Assembly (NCBI GenBank): GCA_963761335.1
Contig: CAVXGR010000021.1
Location: forward strand, 160,001-224,000
Source: an uncultured delta proteobacterium
Lineage (GTDB): Bacteria; Desulfobacterota; Binatia; HRBIN30; BPIQ01
Length of the DNA: 64,000 nt
Direction: 5' to 3'
The position numbers and the translations under genes are program-made. Positions 55,615 to 64,000 of the stretch are shown here, one piece after another. The notes below the pieces were generated by a model. It ran no database searches. It was not told the origin of the DNA and saw only the letters and a list, made by a program, of their open reading frames with translations. The first letter of the stretch is position 1, and each line of letters opens with the position of its first letter.

Positions 55615-56916
55615 ATGAGAGCAACTGTGTCTCCCAAGCGCGGCCTCGGCCGCTTTCTTCCCGGCGTCGCCGCGGCGCTGGCGCTACTGCTGCTTCCCGG
55701 CCGAAGCGCGCTTGCCGGTTCGGGCGGAGTGCCGCAGCTGCAGGGTCTGCTCGAAACCGCCGACATCGCCGTTGCCGCTCGGGTCAGCGGCGCCACCTCT
55801 TACGACGACGGGCGCGTGGTCGTCGATCACCTCCATGTGTTGCGCCGGCTCAAGGTGAAGCCGATGTTCGCGGAGCGGATCAGCGGCGATACGATTGACG
55901 TCGTCGAGGTTCGCGACCTGCAGGCGCCGCCCTTGCTGCGGGCGGGAGCGCTCGTCGTCGCCTTCTTGCGACCGGCGGCGATGAACAGCTATCTGCGGCG
56001 CACGCTGCCGAAGGGCCGGTATCTGCAGCCGGTGCACGGCGCCGGCGGCCTGCTGGTCTCGAGCACTGCCGCGCAGGCGGACGAGGTGGCCGACATCGTC
56101 GCACGCCTCGTCGAGGGGCGGGAACATCCGCCGCGGGATGCCGCGGAGCGCGCCGCGTCCTTCCGCGAGCTGACCTTCGAAATGCTGCCGAGCGAGCAGC
56201 CGGCGCTCATCGTCGACGCCGCCTCGCGCCTGAAGAGGATTGCCGACCTGGCGAGCACGCTGGCGCCGGCGGAGCAGCAGCGACTGGAAAAGGCGCTGTC
56301 CGCCAAGGAGGTGCCGGCCTATGCCCGCCGCGTCCTCATCGAGGCGATCGCCGACTGCGGCCTCACCCAGCTGGCGCCGGCGCTGGCGCGCCTGCGAGAG
56401 CCGCAGCTGATGGCGGCCAGCTGGAAGGCCCTGGATCGACTCGGCGCCAGCCCCGGAGCCAAGACGGTGCGCGATGCCGCGGCGAGCGAGGATCCTGCGG
56501 TGCGCGCTGCCGCCGTCCCTGAGATCCTGCGCGCCGAGGGCAACGACGCCATTGCCGACGTGAAGCGCATTGCCGAGAAGGACTCCGACGCGGCCGTCCG
56601 CGAAGCGGCGATCCAGTCTCTGGGCGAGAACGGCACGCCGGCGGCGGTCGAGGCACTGCAGGAGATCTATGTCGGTCCCGACTGGAAGACCACGCAGGCG
56701 GCGGCGCGAGCCATCCTCAAGATCGGCGGACAGACGGCGGCGGAGACGTTCTCGACGCTGGCGAATCGCGGATCGCGGGAACAGCAGCGCTACGCGGTGA
56801 TGGTGCTCCTCAGCCTCGTCGGCAAGGACGACCCGGCGGTGCGGCGCATCGCCAAGACGCATCCCGACCAGAACATCCGCGACATGATCGAGCACGGCGT
56901 GCGCTTGGCGGATTGA
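55615..56916 (+). CDS. Exported HEAT-repeat protein
   Basis: Signal peptide; EDPAVRAAA, DSDAAVREAAIQSLG repeats. Confidence 0.8.
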   Translation: MRATVSPKRGLGRFLPGVAAALALLLLPGRSALAGSGGVPQLQGLLETADIAVAARVSGATSYDDGRVVVDHLHVLRRLKVKPMFAERISGDTIDVVEVRDLQAPPLLRAGALVVAFLRPAAMNSYLRRTLPKGRYLQPVHGAGGLLVSSTAAQADEVADIVARLVEGREHPPRDAAERAASFRELTFEMLPSEQPALIVDAASRLKRIADLASTLAPAEQQRLEKALSAKEVPAYARRVLIEAIADCGLTQLAPALARLREPQLMAASWKALDRLGASPGAKTVRDAAASEDPAVRAAAVPEILRAEGNDAIADVKRIAEKDSDAAVREAAIQSLGENGTPAAVEALQEIYVGPDWKTTQAAARAILKIGGQTAAETFSTLANRGSREQQRYAVMVLLSLVGKDDPAVRRIAKTHPDQNIRDMIEHGVRLAD

Positions 56917-56919
56917 GAG

Positions 56920-57336
56920 ATGGGCGGTCGGGTTCGCCGGTCGATGGGTTGGCGCGTTTCCGTCTTCGCCGTGGTCGCGGCGCTCGCCGCCGCCGGGACG
57001 GCGCTGGCGCACGTGCCGATGATGATGACCACGCGCCAGCTGGTGCGCATCCAGGGCTACGGCGGCACTCCCCCCGGGAAGATGGAGTCGAAGCCGCTGC
57101 TGCTGGTGGTGCTCGGCGAGGAGCACAGGCTGAACTCCATCGATTTCCGCGTCTTCGGCTTCGCCGAAGAAACGGGCGACGCCAAGCCGGAGCCGGATCG
57201 ATTCGTCCTGCGGGGCGATCGAGCCGAGCTTTCGCGTCTGGCCGCGGCGCGCCCCGAGCAACGGGTCACCGTTCTCGCCGAGCGCCGGCAGGGCTCCAGC
57301 GAGCTCTTTCTGCTGGCCCTCGATCTGTGTCCGTAA
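56920..57336 (+). CDS. Small exported hypothetical protein
   Basis: Signal peptide ending ALA-H; starts 3 nt after HEAT gene. Confidence 0.75.
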   Translation: MGGRVRRSMGWRVSVFAVVAALAAAGTALAHVPMMMTTRQLVRIQGYGGTPPGKMESKPLLLVVLGEEHRLNSIDFRVFGFAEETGDAKPEPDRFVLRGDRAELSRLAAARPEQRVTVLAERRQGSSELFLLALDLCP

Positions 57337-57462
57337 GAGGCGGTTGTCGGGCTACCGGGTTCGCGGGTTGTCGGGTTGGACAAGACGCGGCCACTGTTCT
57401 AACCCGAACCCGACAACATAACCCGACAACTCGTAACCCGACAACCTTTTCCCGGAGCTTTC

Positions 57463-58446
57463 ATGAAGACCACCGACCTACAGACTCCCGCTCTGGTCGT
57501 CGATGCGGCGGCATTGGAGCACAATCTCAAGACCATGGCCGCGGCGCTCCCCGGGGCGCGAATGCGACCGCACGTGAAGGCGCACAAGTGCACGGCGTTG
57601 GCGCGGCGCCAGGCGGAGGTCGGACATCGGTCCTTCACCTGCGCCACCATCCGCGAGGTCGAGGGAATGGCGGCGGCGGGCCTCGGCGAGGATCTGTTGC
57701 TCGCCAACGAGGTGGTGGACGCCCGCCGCCTGGGCGCCGTGCGCGGCCGGGTCACGCTCGCGGTCGATTCCGAGGCCACCATCGAGGCGGCTGCGGCCGG
57801 CGGCGTGCACGAAGTGGTGATCGACGTCAACGTCGGGCTGCCGCGCTGTGGCTGTATGCCGGATGATGCCGGGCGCCTGGCGGAGCTGGCACGTGCCAAG
57901 GGGCTCTCGGTGCGCGGCGTGATGGGATACGAGGGCCACGCCGTCGGTCTCGACGATCGCGAGGCACGCCAGCGCCTGACGGAGGAGTCGATGCAGCTGC
58001 TGGTGGCGGCGCACGCGGCAGTGGGCGGCGAGCTCATCTCCGCCGGTGGGACCGGGACCTACGACTGCAACACCTGGGCGAACGAGATCCAGGCGGGCTC
58101 CTATGCGCTCATGGACACCGCCTACGCCAAGCTCGGGCTTCCCTTTCGCCAGGCGCTGAGTGTGCTGTCGACGGTCATCTCGGTCTCGGCCGTCTACGGC
58201 GTCGCCGACAGCGGTCTCAAGTCGCTGGGAATGGATCACGGCAACCCCAGCATCGACGGCGCCCAGGTGTGGTTCTGCTCCGATGAGCACACCACCTTCG
58301 CGTCGGCGTCGCCATTGCGCGTCGGCGAGCGGATCCGCGTGTGGCCGGCGCATATCGACCCGACCGTCGCCTATCACGAGCGCATGCACATCGTCTCCGG
58401 CGACGACGTCCTCGACACCTGGCCCGTCGACTTGCGCGGCTGGTAG
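57463..58446 (+). CDS. PLP fold-III enzyme (DSD1/D-threonine aldolase-like)
   Basis: TPALVVD, RPHVKAHK, MGYEGH, SAGGTGT, QAGSY, HIDPT. Confidence 0.9.
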   Translation: MKTTDLQTPALVVDAAALEHNLKTMAAALPGARMRPHVKAHKCTALARRQAEVGHRSFTCATIREVEGMAAAGLGEDLLLANEVVDARRLGAVRGRVTLAVDSEATIEAAAAGGVHEVVIDVNVGLPRCGCMPDDAGRLAELARAKGLSVRGVMGYEGHAVGLDDREARQRLTEESMQLLVAAHAAVGGELISAGGTGTYDCNTWANEIQAGSYALMDTAYAKLGLPFRQALSVLSTVISVSAVYGVADSGLKSLGMDHGNPSIDGAQVWFCSDEHTTFASASPLRVGERIRVWPAHIDPTVAYHERMHIVSGDDVLDTWPVDLRGW

Positions 58447-58719
58447 GCCGCGACCCGGAGCCCCGTCAGACCGGCAGCCAGATCTTGCCTTTTTCGACCG
58501 AATGCCGCACAAGAACAACATATGAGTACCGACGGCCCAGAACGATTCTTCTCGCGTAAGCGTTAGCGCCGCCTTGTCCGGGGTCAGACTTCGGCCTGCG
58601 CAAGGCGGTCGAGGTTTGACCATGCATCGAGCTTTCTCTCTCCGAAACGTCATTGCCTGGCACGGGCTCGCCCTCCGGCGCCTCTTCTCTGGTCGAGCCT
58701 GCCCAACGGGAGCGCAGCC

Positions 58720-60057
58720 ATGAGCGAGCCGGCGGAGATCCTCGACCTGAAGGTAGGCCTCTCGGCCAAGGACATGCTGGCGATGTGGCCGGTGCTCAGC
58801 CCCGAGGACCGCATCAGCGGCTTCCACATGCTGCCGCGGCCGCAGGCGGAGGACCTGTTCCTCAACCTGCCGACGCAAGATCAGGCGGATCTGCTGCTCT
58901 CCATTCCTGCGGAGGAGCGCCGCTCCTGGATGCGACTGCTGCCGCCCGACGACACCGCCGACCTGTTGCAGGCGGCGCCGGGCGAGGAGCGCGGCAACCT
59001 CCTGGCTCTGCTCGACGAGCCGACGCGCAAGGAGGTGTCCGGCCTGCTCGCCTACGCGGAGGATCAGGCCGGCGGCCTGATGAATCCGCGCTACGCGCGC
59101 CTGCGCCCGGAGATGACCGTCGACGAGGCCATCAGCTATCTGCGCAAGTACGCCCGCGAGCACACCCAGACGGCGTACTACGCCTACGTCCTCGACGAGC
59201 AGCAGCACCTGCTCGGCACGGTCACCTTCCGCGATCTGTTCGCCGCCGGCGCGGCCCAGCGGGTCGAGGAGATCATGCGGCGCGAAGTGGTCACCGTCAC
59301 CGAGGACCAGGACCAGGAGGCCGTCAGCCGCATCTTCGCCTCGCACCATTTCCTCGCCCTCCCGGTGGTGAACGCCGAGCGGCAGATGAAGGGCGTGGTC
59401 ACCATCGACGACATCGTCGACGTGGTGCAGGAAGAGGCCACCGAGGACATGCAGAAGATCAGCGGCATGGAGGCTCTCGACGCGCCCTACCTGAGCGTCA
59501 GCTTCCTGAGCATGACGCGCAAGCGTGGCGGCTGGCTCTCGGCGCTCTTCCTCGGCGAGATGCTCACCGCCACCGCGATGAGCTACTTCGAGGACGAGAT
59601 CGCGCGCGCCGTCGTCCTGGCGCTGTTCGTGCCGCTGATCATCAGCAGCGGCGGCAACTCCGGGTCGCAGGCCTCGACGCTGGTCATCCGCGCCATGGCT
59701 CTCGGCGAGGTGCGGCTGCGCGATTGGTGGCGGGTCATTCGCCGCGAGTTCGCTTCGGGCATCGCGCTCGGCGGTATCCTGGCGGTGATCGGCCTGCTGC
59801 GTATTCTCGTCTGGCAGGGGCTCTTCGGAATCTACGGAACGCACTACCTGCTCATCGCCTTCACTGTCGCTTCCAGCCTGGTGGGTGTCGTCACCTTCGG
59901 CACTCTGGCCGGATCGCTGCTGCCGTTCGTGTTGCGGCGCCTCGGCTTCGATCCGGCGAGCGCCTCGGCGCCCTTCGTGGCGACCCTGGTCGACGTCACC
60001 GGCCTGATCATCTACTTCACCGTCGCCAGCATCCTCCTGCACGGCACCCTGCTGTGA
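58720..60057 (+). CDS. mgtE: Magnesium transporter MgtE
   Basis: AGGLM, CBS pair, EEATED, GGNSGSQ, DPASASAPFVATLVD. Confidence 0.95.
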   Translation: MSEPAEILDLKVGLSAKDMLAMWPVLSPEDRISGFHMLPRPQAEDLFLNLPTQDQADLLLSIPAEERRSWMRLLPPDDTADLLQAAPGEERGNLLALLDEPTRKEVSGLLAYAEDQAGGLMNPRYARLRPEMTVDEAISYLRKYAREHTQTAYYAYVLDEQQHLLGTVTFRDLFAAGAAQRVEEIMRREVVTVTEDQDQEAVSRIFASHHFLALPVVNAERQMKGVVTIDDIVDVVQEEATEDMQKISGMEALDAPYLSVSFLSMTRKRGGWLSALFLGEMLTATAMSYFEDEIARAVVLALFVPLIISSGGNSGSQASTLVIRAMALGEVRLRDWWRVIRREFASGIALGGILAVIGLLRILVWQGLFGIYGTHYLLIAFTVASSLVGVVTFGTLAGSLLPFVLRRLGFDPASASAPFVATLVDVTGLIIYFTVASILLHGTLL

Positions 60058-60087
60058 AGCTCCAGGGTCTTCCAGGCTGATTGCCAG

Positions 60088-60191
60088 TTCTCATTCCCGG
60101 TTCTCATCCCGTCGTTCTCCATTCGCTCTGACAGCCACAACTGCCCGGCGAATGACATGGAAAACGACGGGATGAGAACCGGGAATGAGAA
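60088..60191. repeat. Perfect 29-bp inverted repeat between convergent genes (REP/MITE-like, possible bidirectional terminator)
   Basis: TTCTCATTCCCGGTTCTCATCCCGTCGTT (60088-60116) / AACGACGGGATGAGAACCGGGAATGAGAA (60163-60191). Confidence 0.75.
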
Positions 60192-60212
60192 TGAGACCCG
60201 GCTTCCTTCGTC

Positions 60213-60512
60213 TCAGTAGGCGACGCGGGCCTCGAGAGCGCCAGTCTCGCTGCGCTCGATCACCAGTCGGGACATGCAGGGCATGCAGTAGACACGATCT
60301 CCCGGCCGCAGCTCGCGGCTCGAGCGGATCACCACCTTGCACACCGGGCAGACGACCTCGTTGGGCGCCAGGACGTCGCCGGCGCCGCGCCACTTGCGGT
60401 AGAACTTGCGGTACTTCTTGGGGACCTCGTCGAAGCCGGTCTCCTCGAGGATGAATCGCCGCCGCGGCCGCTGGTCGAGCTCCGGGACCTCCTGCTCGAG
60501 CGGGTCGACCAT
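60213..60512 (-). CDS. 99-aa Cys4 ribbon protein (CPVC...CMPC; LysW/rubredoxin-like knuckles)
   Basis: ATG overlaps upstream TAA (TAATG); VVCPVCKVVIRSSRELRPGDRVYCMPCMSRLVI. Confidence 0.8.
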   Translation of the reverse strand: MVDPLEQEVPELDQRPRRRFILEETGFDEVPKKYRKFYRKWRGAGDVLAPNEVVCPVCKVVIRSSRELRPGDRVYCMPCMSRLVIERSETGALEARVAY

Positions 60513-61279
60513 TACGCGAACCCGAGTCGCTCGACCGACTCGAGGTAGGCGCGGCCGAGCAGGCGGCGCTCCTCGCGATCGCCGCCGATGTTGTTGAGCG
60601 TTTCCTCGAGCGTCTCCAGCACCAGGTGGTCGAGCTCCTTCTTCACCTCGCCGAGACGGGCGCGGATGTGTGGCGCCGCGAGCAGGCGCCGGCCGAGCTC
60701 GTTCTCGCCGAAGCCGATGTGCCGCCTCTCGTCCTTGACGACCCCGGCCAGTACCTCGCGCGTCACCGCGTCGGCGCTGCGCGCGTGCGTCTGAAAGACG
60801 GCGAACTCGAGGGCCTCGAGGATGACGTTTTGCGCGAAGATCGCCGCCTCCCAGTCCTTGCCGGCCACCAGCTCCAGGAGCCGGCGCTTGAAGAGGCCGA
60901 GGCTGCGGCTGGCGCGGCGTGCCACCTCGGCCTCGGGGTCGGCGACGCCGAGGGCGCCGAGGCGATGCAGGAAGACCTCGACGTGGCGCCCCTCGTCGGC
61001 CACCTGAGTCGCCAGGAAGATTTTCGCCATGCGGTTCGGGGCAATCGCGATCAGACCGCTGGCGCCTTCGAGAGCGGCTGTCTCCCCGAGGCAGTAGTTG
61101 CAGACGACGGTGATCAGGCGTTCGCGCTCGAGGTCGCTCATCGCCTCCTCCGCGGTCCCGGGCCGGTGCCCATGGGTCAGACCGGAGAGGTATCCTTCCA
61201 CGGCTTCGAACCAGAACTCGAACGAGTGCACGCGCTCGAGGAACTCCCGGGGATCGAGATCGTGAACGTCGGTGGTCAC
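60512..61279 (-). CDS. Ferritin-like diiron protein B
   Basis: GETAA, DEGRH, LEA, DERRH. Confidence 0.88.
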   Translation of the reverse strand: MTTDVHDLDPREFLERVHSFEFWFEAVEGYLSGLTHGHRPGTAEEAMSDLERERLITVVCNYCLGETAALEGASGLIAIAPNRMAKIFLATQVADEGRHVEVFLHRLGALGVADPEAEVARRASRSLGLFKRRLLELVAGKDWEAAIFAQNVILEALEFAVFQTHARSADAVTREVLAGVVKDERRHIGFGENELGRRLLAAPHIRARLGEVKKELDHLVLETLEETLNNIGGDREERRLLGRAYLESVERLGFA

Positions 61280-61312
61280 GGCGGCGCCCGTATGCAGATG
61301 AGAGAAGCGCCC

Positions 61313-62197
61313 TCAGGGGCGGATCGGAGTCTGGTAATCGATGCCGATGCGGCCGAGCCGGGTCTTGAACTCCTTCAGCACGGTGTCGGCGAGGACGTTC
61401 TCCATCTCCTCCGGCTCCATCTGTGCCAGGTCGACACCCTGCCATCTGGCGTGCTGCCCGGCGCGGGACATCTGCTCTTCCAACTTGTCGAACTCGGCTT
61501 GCGCCGGGTTGTTGCGGAAAGCGTCGGCGAAGGTAGCGAGCATGTAGTAGGACATCTCCTTCTGCAGCTTCTCCACCTCCGACTTCCTCTCGGGATGCTC
61601 CTTGAGCAGTGAGCCGATGCGGTTCTCGCCGAAGCCGACGTGGCGGCGCTCGTCGGCGATGGTGCCGGAGAGCGTGTGGGCAAACTTCGGATTCATCGAC
61701 TCGCTCATGGCGTGGAGCATCTCGAAGACGCTGAACGCCATGCCCTCGAGGACGATGTTCTGGCCGACGACGCCGGCGACGAAGTCCTTCTTGTCCACCT
61801 TCTCGAGCAGAAGCTCGGCGAACTTCACCAGGTTCGGGTTGGCGTAGTGGGAGATGACGTCTTCGATCTCGTGCTTCTTCACGCCCAGATCGATCAGACG
61901 CTGGGTGAAGATCTCGGTGTGACGCGCTTCGTCCACGGTCTGCGTCGCCAGAAAACGCTTGCTGGGGGCGTCGGGGGCGGCGTTGATCAGACCGGAGGAG
62001 GCGGCCAGGGCGCAGCGCTCGCCGACCACCAGCTGCACGGTCGTGCGGATCGTCTCCTGGCGGAGAATTTCATTGCTCAGGATGAGCGGGGGCTCGGCCT
62101 CACCCGGCTTGTGGCCGTACTCCGTGCCTTCCAGGTAACCCTGAGGACAGGACTCAAGCCAGCTCTGAATCGAGTACGCGGACAGAAAATCAGCCAT
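61313..62197 (-). CDS. Ferritin-like diiron protein A
   Basis: GERCA, DEARH, LEG, DERRH; AAGGAGG RBS. Confidence 0.9.
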   Translation of the reverse strand: MADFLSAYSIQSWLESCPQGYLEGTEYGHKPGEAEPPLILSNEILRQETIRTTVQLVVGERCALAASSGLINAAPDAPSKRFLATQTVDEARHTEIFTQRLIDLGVKKHEIEDVISHYANPNLVKFAELLLEKVDKKDFVAGVVGQNIVLEGMAFSVFEMLHAMSESMNPKFAHTLSGTIADERRHVGFGENRIGSLLKEHPERKSEVEKLQKEMSYYMLATFADAFRNNPAQAEFDKLEEQMSRAGQHARWQGVDLAQMEPEEMENVLADTVLKEFKTRLGRIGIDYQTPIRP

Positions 62198-62337
62198 GGG
62201 ACCTCCTTCGGCAAATGTCGCATCGGTATATGCGGCTCCCGGCACTGCCCCTATGACAAAGGTCATCGTTTCCGATGTCGATGGTCATGCCGCAGCCGCG
62301 CAATCCCTCGCGCCGCTGGGAAGAAGAGTCCGGAGCC

Positions 62338-62952
62338 TCAGTGCCGCAGGCGAATGTCGACGGTGCGCATCTTGGCGTCGTCGAGGTTCAACTTCTGCTC
62401 CGCGGGCTGCAGCCCCGGATGCCAGGCGTGCAGCGAGTACTGGCCAGCGGGAATGCCGCTCAGCGTGTAGGTGCCGTCGGCGCTGACGCGGGTGAAGAAG
62501 GAGTTGGGGAGGACGAGGAGATCGCCGCTCATCTGCGTCTGGACCTTGCAGCGCAGCCCGATGACTCCCGGCTTGTCGAAGGTGACCGAGCGGCTGGCGC
62601 CCTTCTCGAATACGCCCAAGTCGAACTGCTTGGCAGGCGAGCCCGAGAAGATGTTATGGAGACCTTCGTCGGAGTTGTGGAATTGCACAGAGCTGCCCAC
62701 GGGCACAGCGGACACCCGCGGCACAAAAGCATTCTTCTCGACGTCGATCTCGGCGCCGACCGGCGGCGTCGGTGCCGGCAGAGAGCCCTCCAGGTAGACG
62801 ATGGTGTCGGTGTTGGCGCCGCTTCCGGGCGGCAGAGTGACGCTGCCGGTCACCGTGCGCTCGTTCTCGGCCGCAGCCCGCCCGGCGATCCATGTCGACA
62901 GGGCGAGGGCGAGAGCGAGAGAGACGATCTGAATCGGACGCCGGGTTCGCAT
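62338..62952 (-). CDS. Secreted cupredoxin-like/carboxypeptidase-regulatory-like domain protein
   Basis: Signal peptide; FVPRV..G..V.F.NSD..HNIFS; F.KPG...CKVQTQM; IPAGQY.L.AWH. Confidence 0.82.
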   Translation of the reverse strand: MRTRRPIQIVSLALALALSTWIAGRAAAENERTVTGSVTLPPGSGANTDTIVYLEGSLPAPTPPVGAEIDVEKNAFVPRVSAVPVGSSVQFHNSDEGLHNIFSGSPAKQFDLGVFEKGASRSVTFDKPGVIGLRCKVQTQMSGDLLVLPNSFFTRVSADGTYTLSGIPAGQYSLHAWHPGLQPAEQKLNLDDAKMRTVDIRLRH

Positions 62953-63111
62953 GATCACAACCTCCCTCCGAATTGCCACAGGCACAAACCGTACCAGCAT
63001 CGCCCCGAGTCGGTCGCGAGTTGGTCATCACCGACCGCGGCGACCCATGGCATGCGGTATGCTGGCGTCGTTTTGCACGGAACCGATTAGGGTACAAGCA
63101 GGAGATCGAAT

Positions 63112-63840
63112 ATGTTGAAGAAGGGCATTGTGGTTGCGGCCGTCCTGGCGCTGGGTCTTGCCGGTGTCGCCACGGCAGAGTATCGCGAAGAGCCGGTCGC
63201 CAACGGCGGCGGTATCGCCGGGCGGGTGCGCGTCACCGGCGACGTCCCCAAGCTGCCGCCGCAGCCGGTGTTCAAGCACCAGGAGGAATGCGGCACCAGC
63301 ATCCCCGACGAACGCGTCGTCGTCGACGGTGCCGGCGGGCTGAGCAACGCCGTGGTGTCGCTGGCGAACGTCAGTGCCGGCAAGCCGATCCCGCGCGACC
63401 GGGCGGTGCTTCTCGACAACCGCAAGTGCGCCTTCGTGCCGCACGTCCTCTCCGCCACCGCCGGGCAGACCCTGGAGATCAAGAACAGCGATCCCTTTCT
63501 CCACGACGCCCATGCCTCCCTGGGGCCGCGCACCCTGTTCAACGTCGCCCTGCCCAAGGGCCGCACCGTGCACGAGCCGATCGCCTTTCCCGGTCTGGTC
63601 GACATCAATTGCAACGTGCGCCACACCTGGATGCACGCCTACCTGTACGTCGCCGATCATCCCTATCACACGGTCACCGGCGGCGGCGGAAGTTTCCGTA
63701 TCGACCAGATACCTCCGGGGCGCTATACAGTGACGGTGTGGCACGAGTTACTGGGCAGCGCCGAGAAGCAGATCGTGGTCGAGCCCGGGAAGACGACCTC
63801 AGTGGATTTCGAGCTGCAGTCGACGGCGGCGGCGCCTTGA
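63112..63840 (+). CDS. Secreted cupredoxin-like/carboxypeptidase-regulatory-like domain protein
   Basis: AGGAG RBS; signal peptide; CAFVPHV, NSDPFLHDAH, CNVRHTWM, IPPGRY..WHE.LG. Confidence 0.85.
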   Translation: MLKKGIVVAAVLALGLAGVATAEYREEPVANGGGIAGRVRVTGDVPKLPPQPVFKHQEECGTSIPDERVVVDGAGGLSNAVVSLANVSAGKPIPRDRAVLLDNRKCAFVPHVLSATAGQTLEIKNSDPFLHDAHASLGPRTLFNVALPKGRTVHEPIAFPGLVDINCNVRHTWMHAYLYVADHPYHTVTGGGGSFRIDQIPPGRYTVTVWHELLGSAEKQIVVEPGKTTSVDFELQSTAAAP

Positions 63841-64000
63841 GCTTCTCAGATCTGCAAAAGAAAGTGCGGTGATTCCCGCTGCTGAGAAATGTTGAGAGTG
63901 GCAAAAAGTCAAAAAAGTCAAGGAGTTTTGTTGACGATAGCGGCCTCCTCATGATAGGCGGCGTAGCGCCTGACCGGGATGAGATTTTCTGGAGGGAGAC

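Noticed and set aside
60213..60512. LysW amino-group carrier protein
   Set aside because: Lacks the acidic EDWGE C-terminus, and no lysX/argX neighbours
63895..63960. Defined promoter in the AT-rich right end
   Set aside because: TTGACG/TTGACT boxes are present but without a well-spaced -10; the downstream gene lies outside the window
1..64000. Selenoprotein genes in the window
   Set aside because: No gene appeared to be interrupted by an in-frame TGA at a Cys-equivalent position; not exhaustively tested

Overview
GC-rich bacterial chromosomal window with about 45 genes. The gene content suggests Binatia/Deltaproteobacteria-like ancestry (inference only): Thr/Pro-linked secreted proteins ending in dockerin-like repeats, many amidohydrolase_2 and lipid-catabolic genes. 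From left to right: three tandem secreted FGE/C-type-lectin-fold proteins (the first frameshifted at the window start); two PhyH-family dioxygenases; alpha-glucan phosphorylase; a large RCC1/LamG/dockerin protein; a GT-C glycosyltransferase plus an acyltransferase_3-SGNH fusion; an acyl-CoA/lipid catabolic region (FadD, acyl-CoA dehydrogenase, MaoC-like, P450, TesB, two amidohydrolases, AurF-like diiron protein, MerR and TetR regulators with visible operators); an RND pump; two more dockerin-tipped surface proteins; WS/DGAT and hydrolases; an IrrE/ImmA-like protease-XRE operon; a His-rich TPR protein; tRNA-Sec; a hybrid kinase; an Hsp20-LonC-Pat operon; mgtE; and an operon of two paralogous diiron proteins plus a small Cys4 ribbon protein beside two cupredoxin-like genes. 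Intergenic DNA carries several REP/MITE-like palindrome families. No integrase, transposase, reverse transcriptase or CRISPR array was seen. The best candidates for undescribed systems are the paired-diiron/Cys4 operon (60213-62290), the CLec-fold array (1-3804) and the orphan IrrE-like/XRE switch (44097-45679). All product calls come from motif recognition, not database searches.
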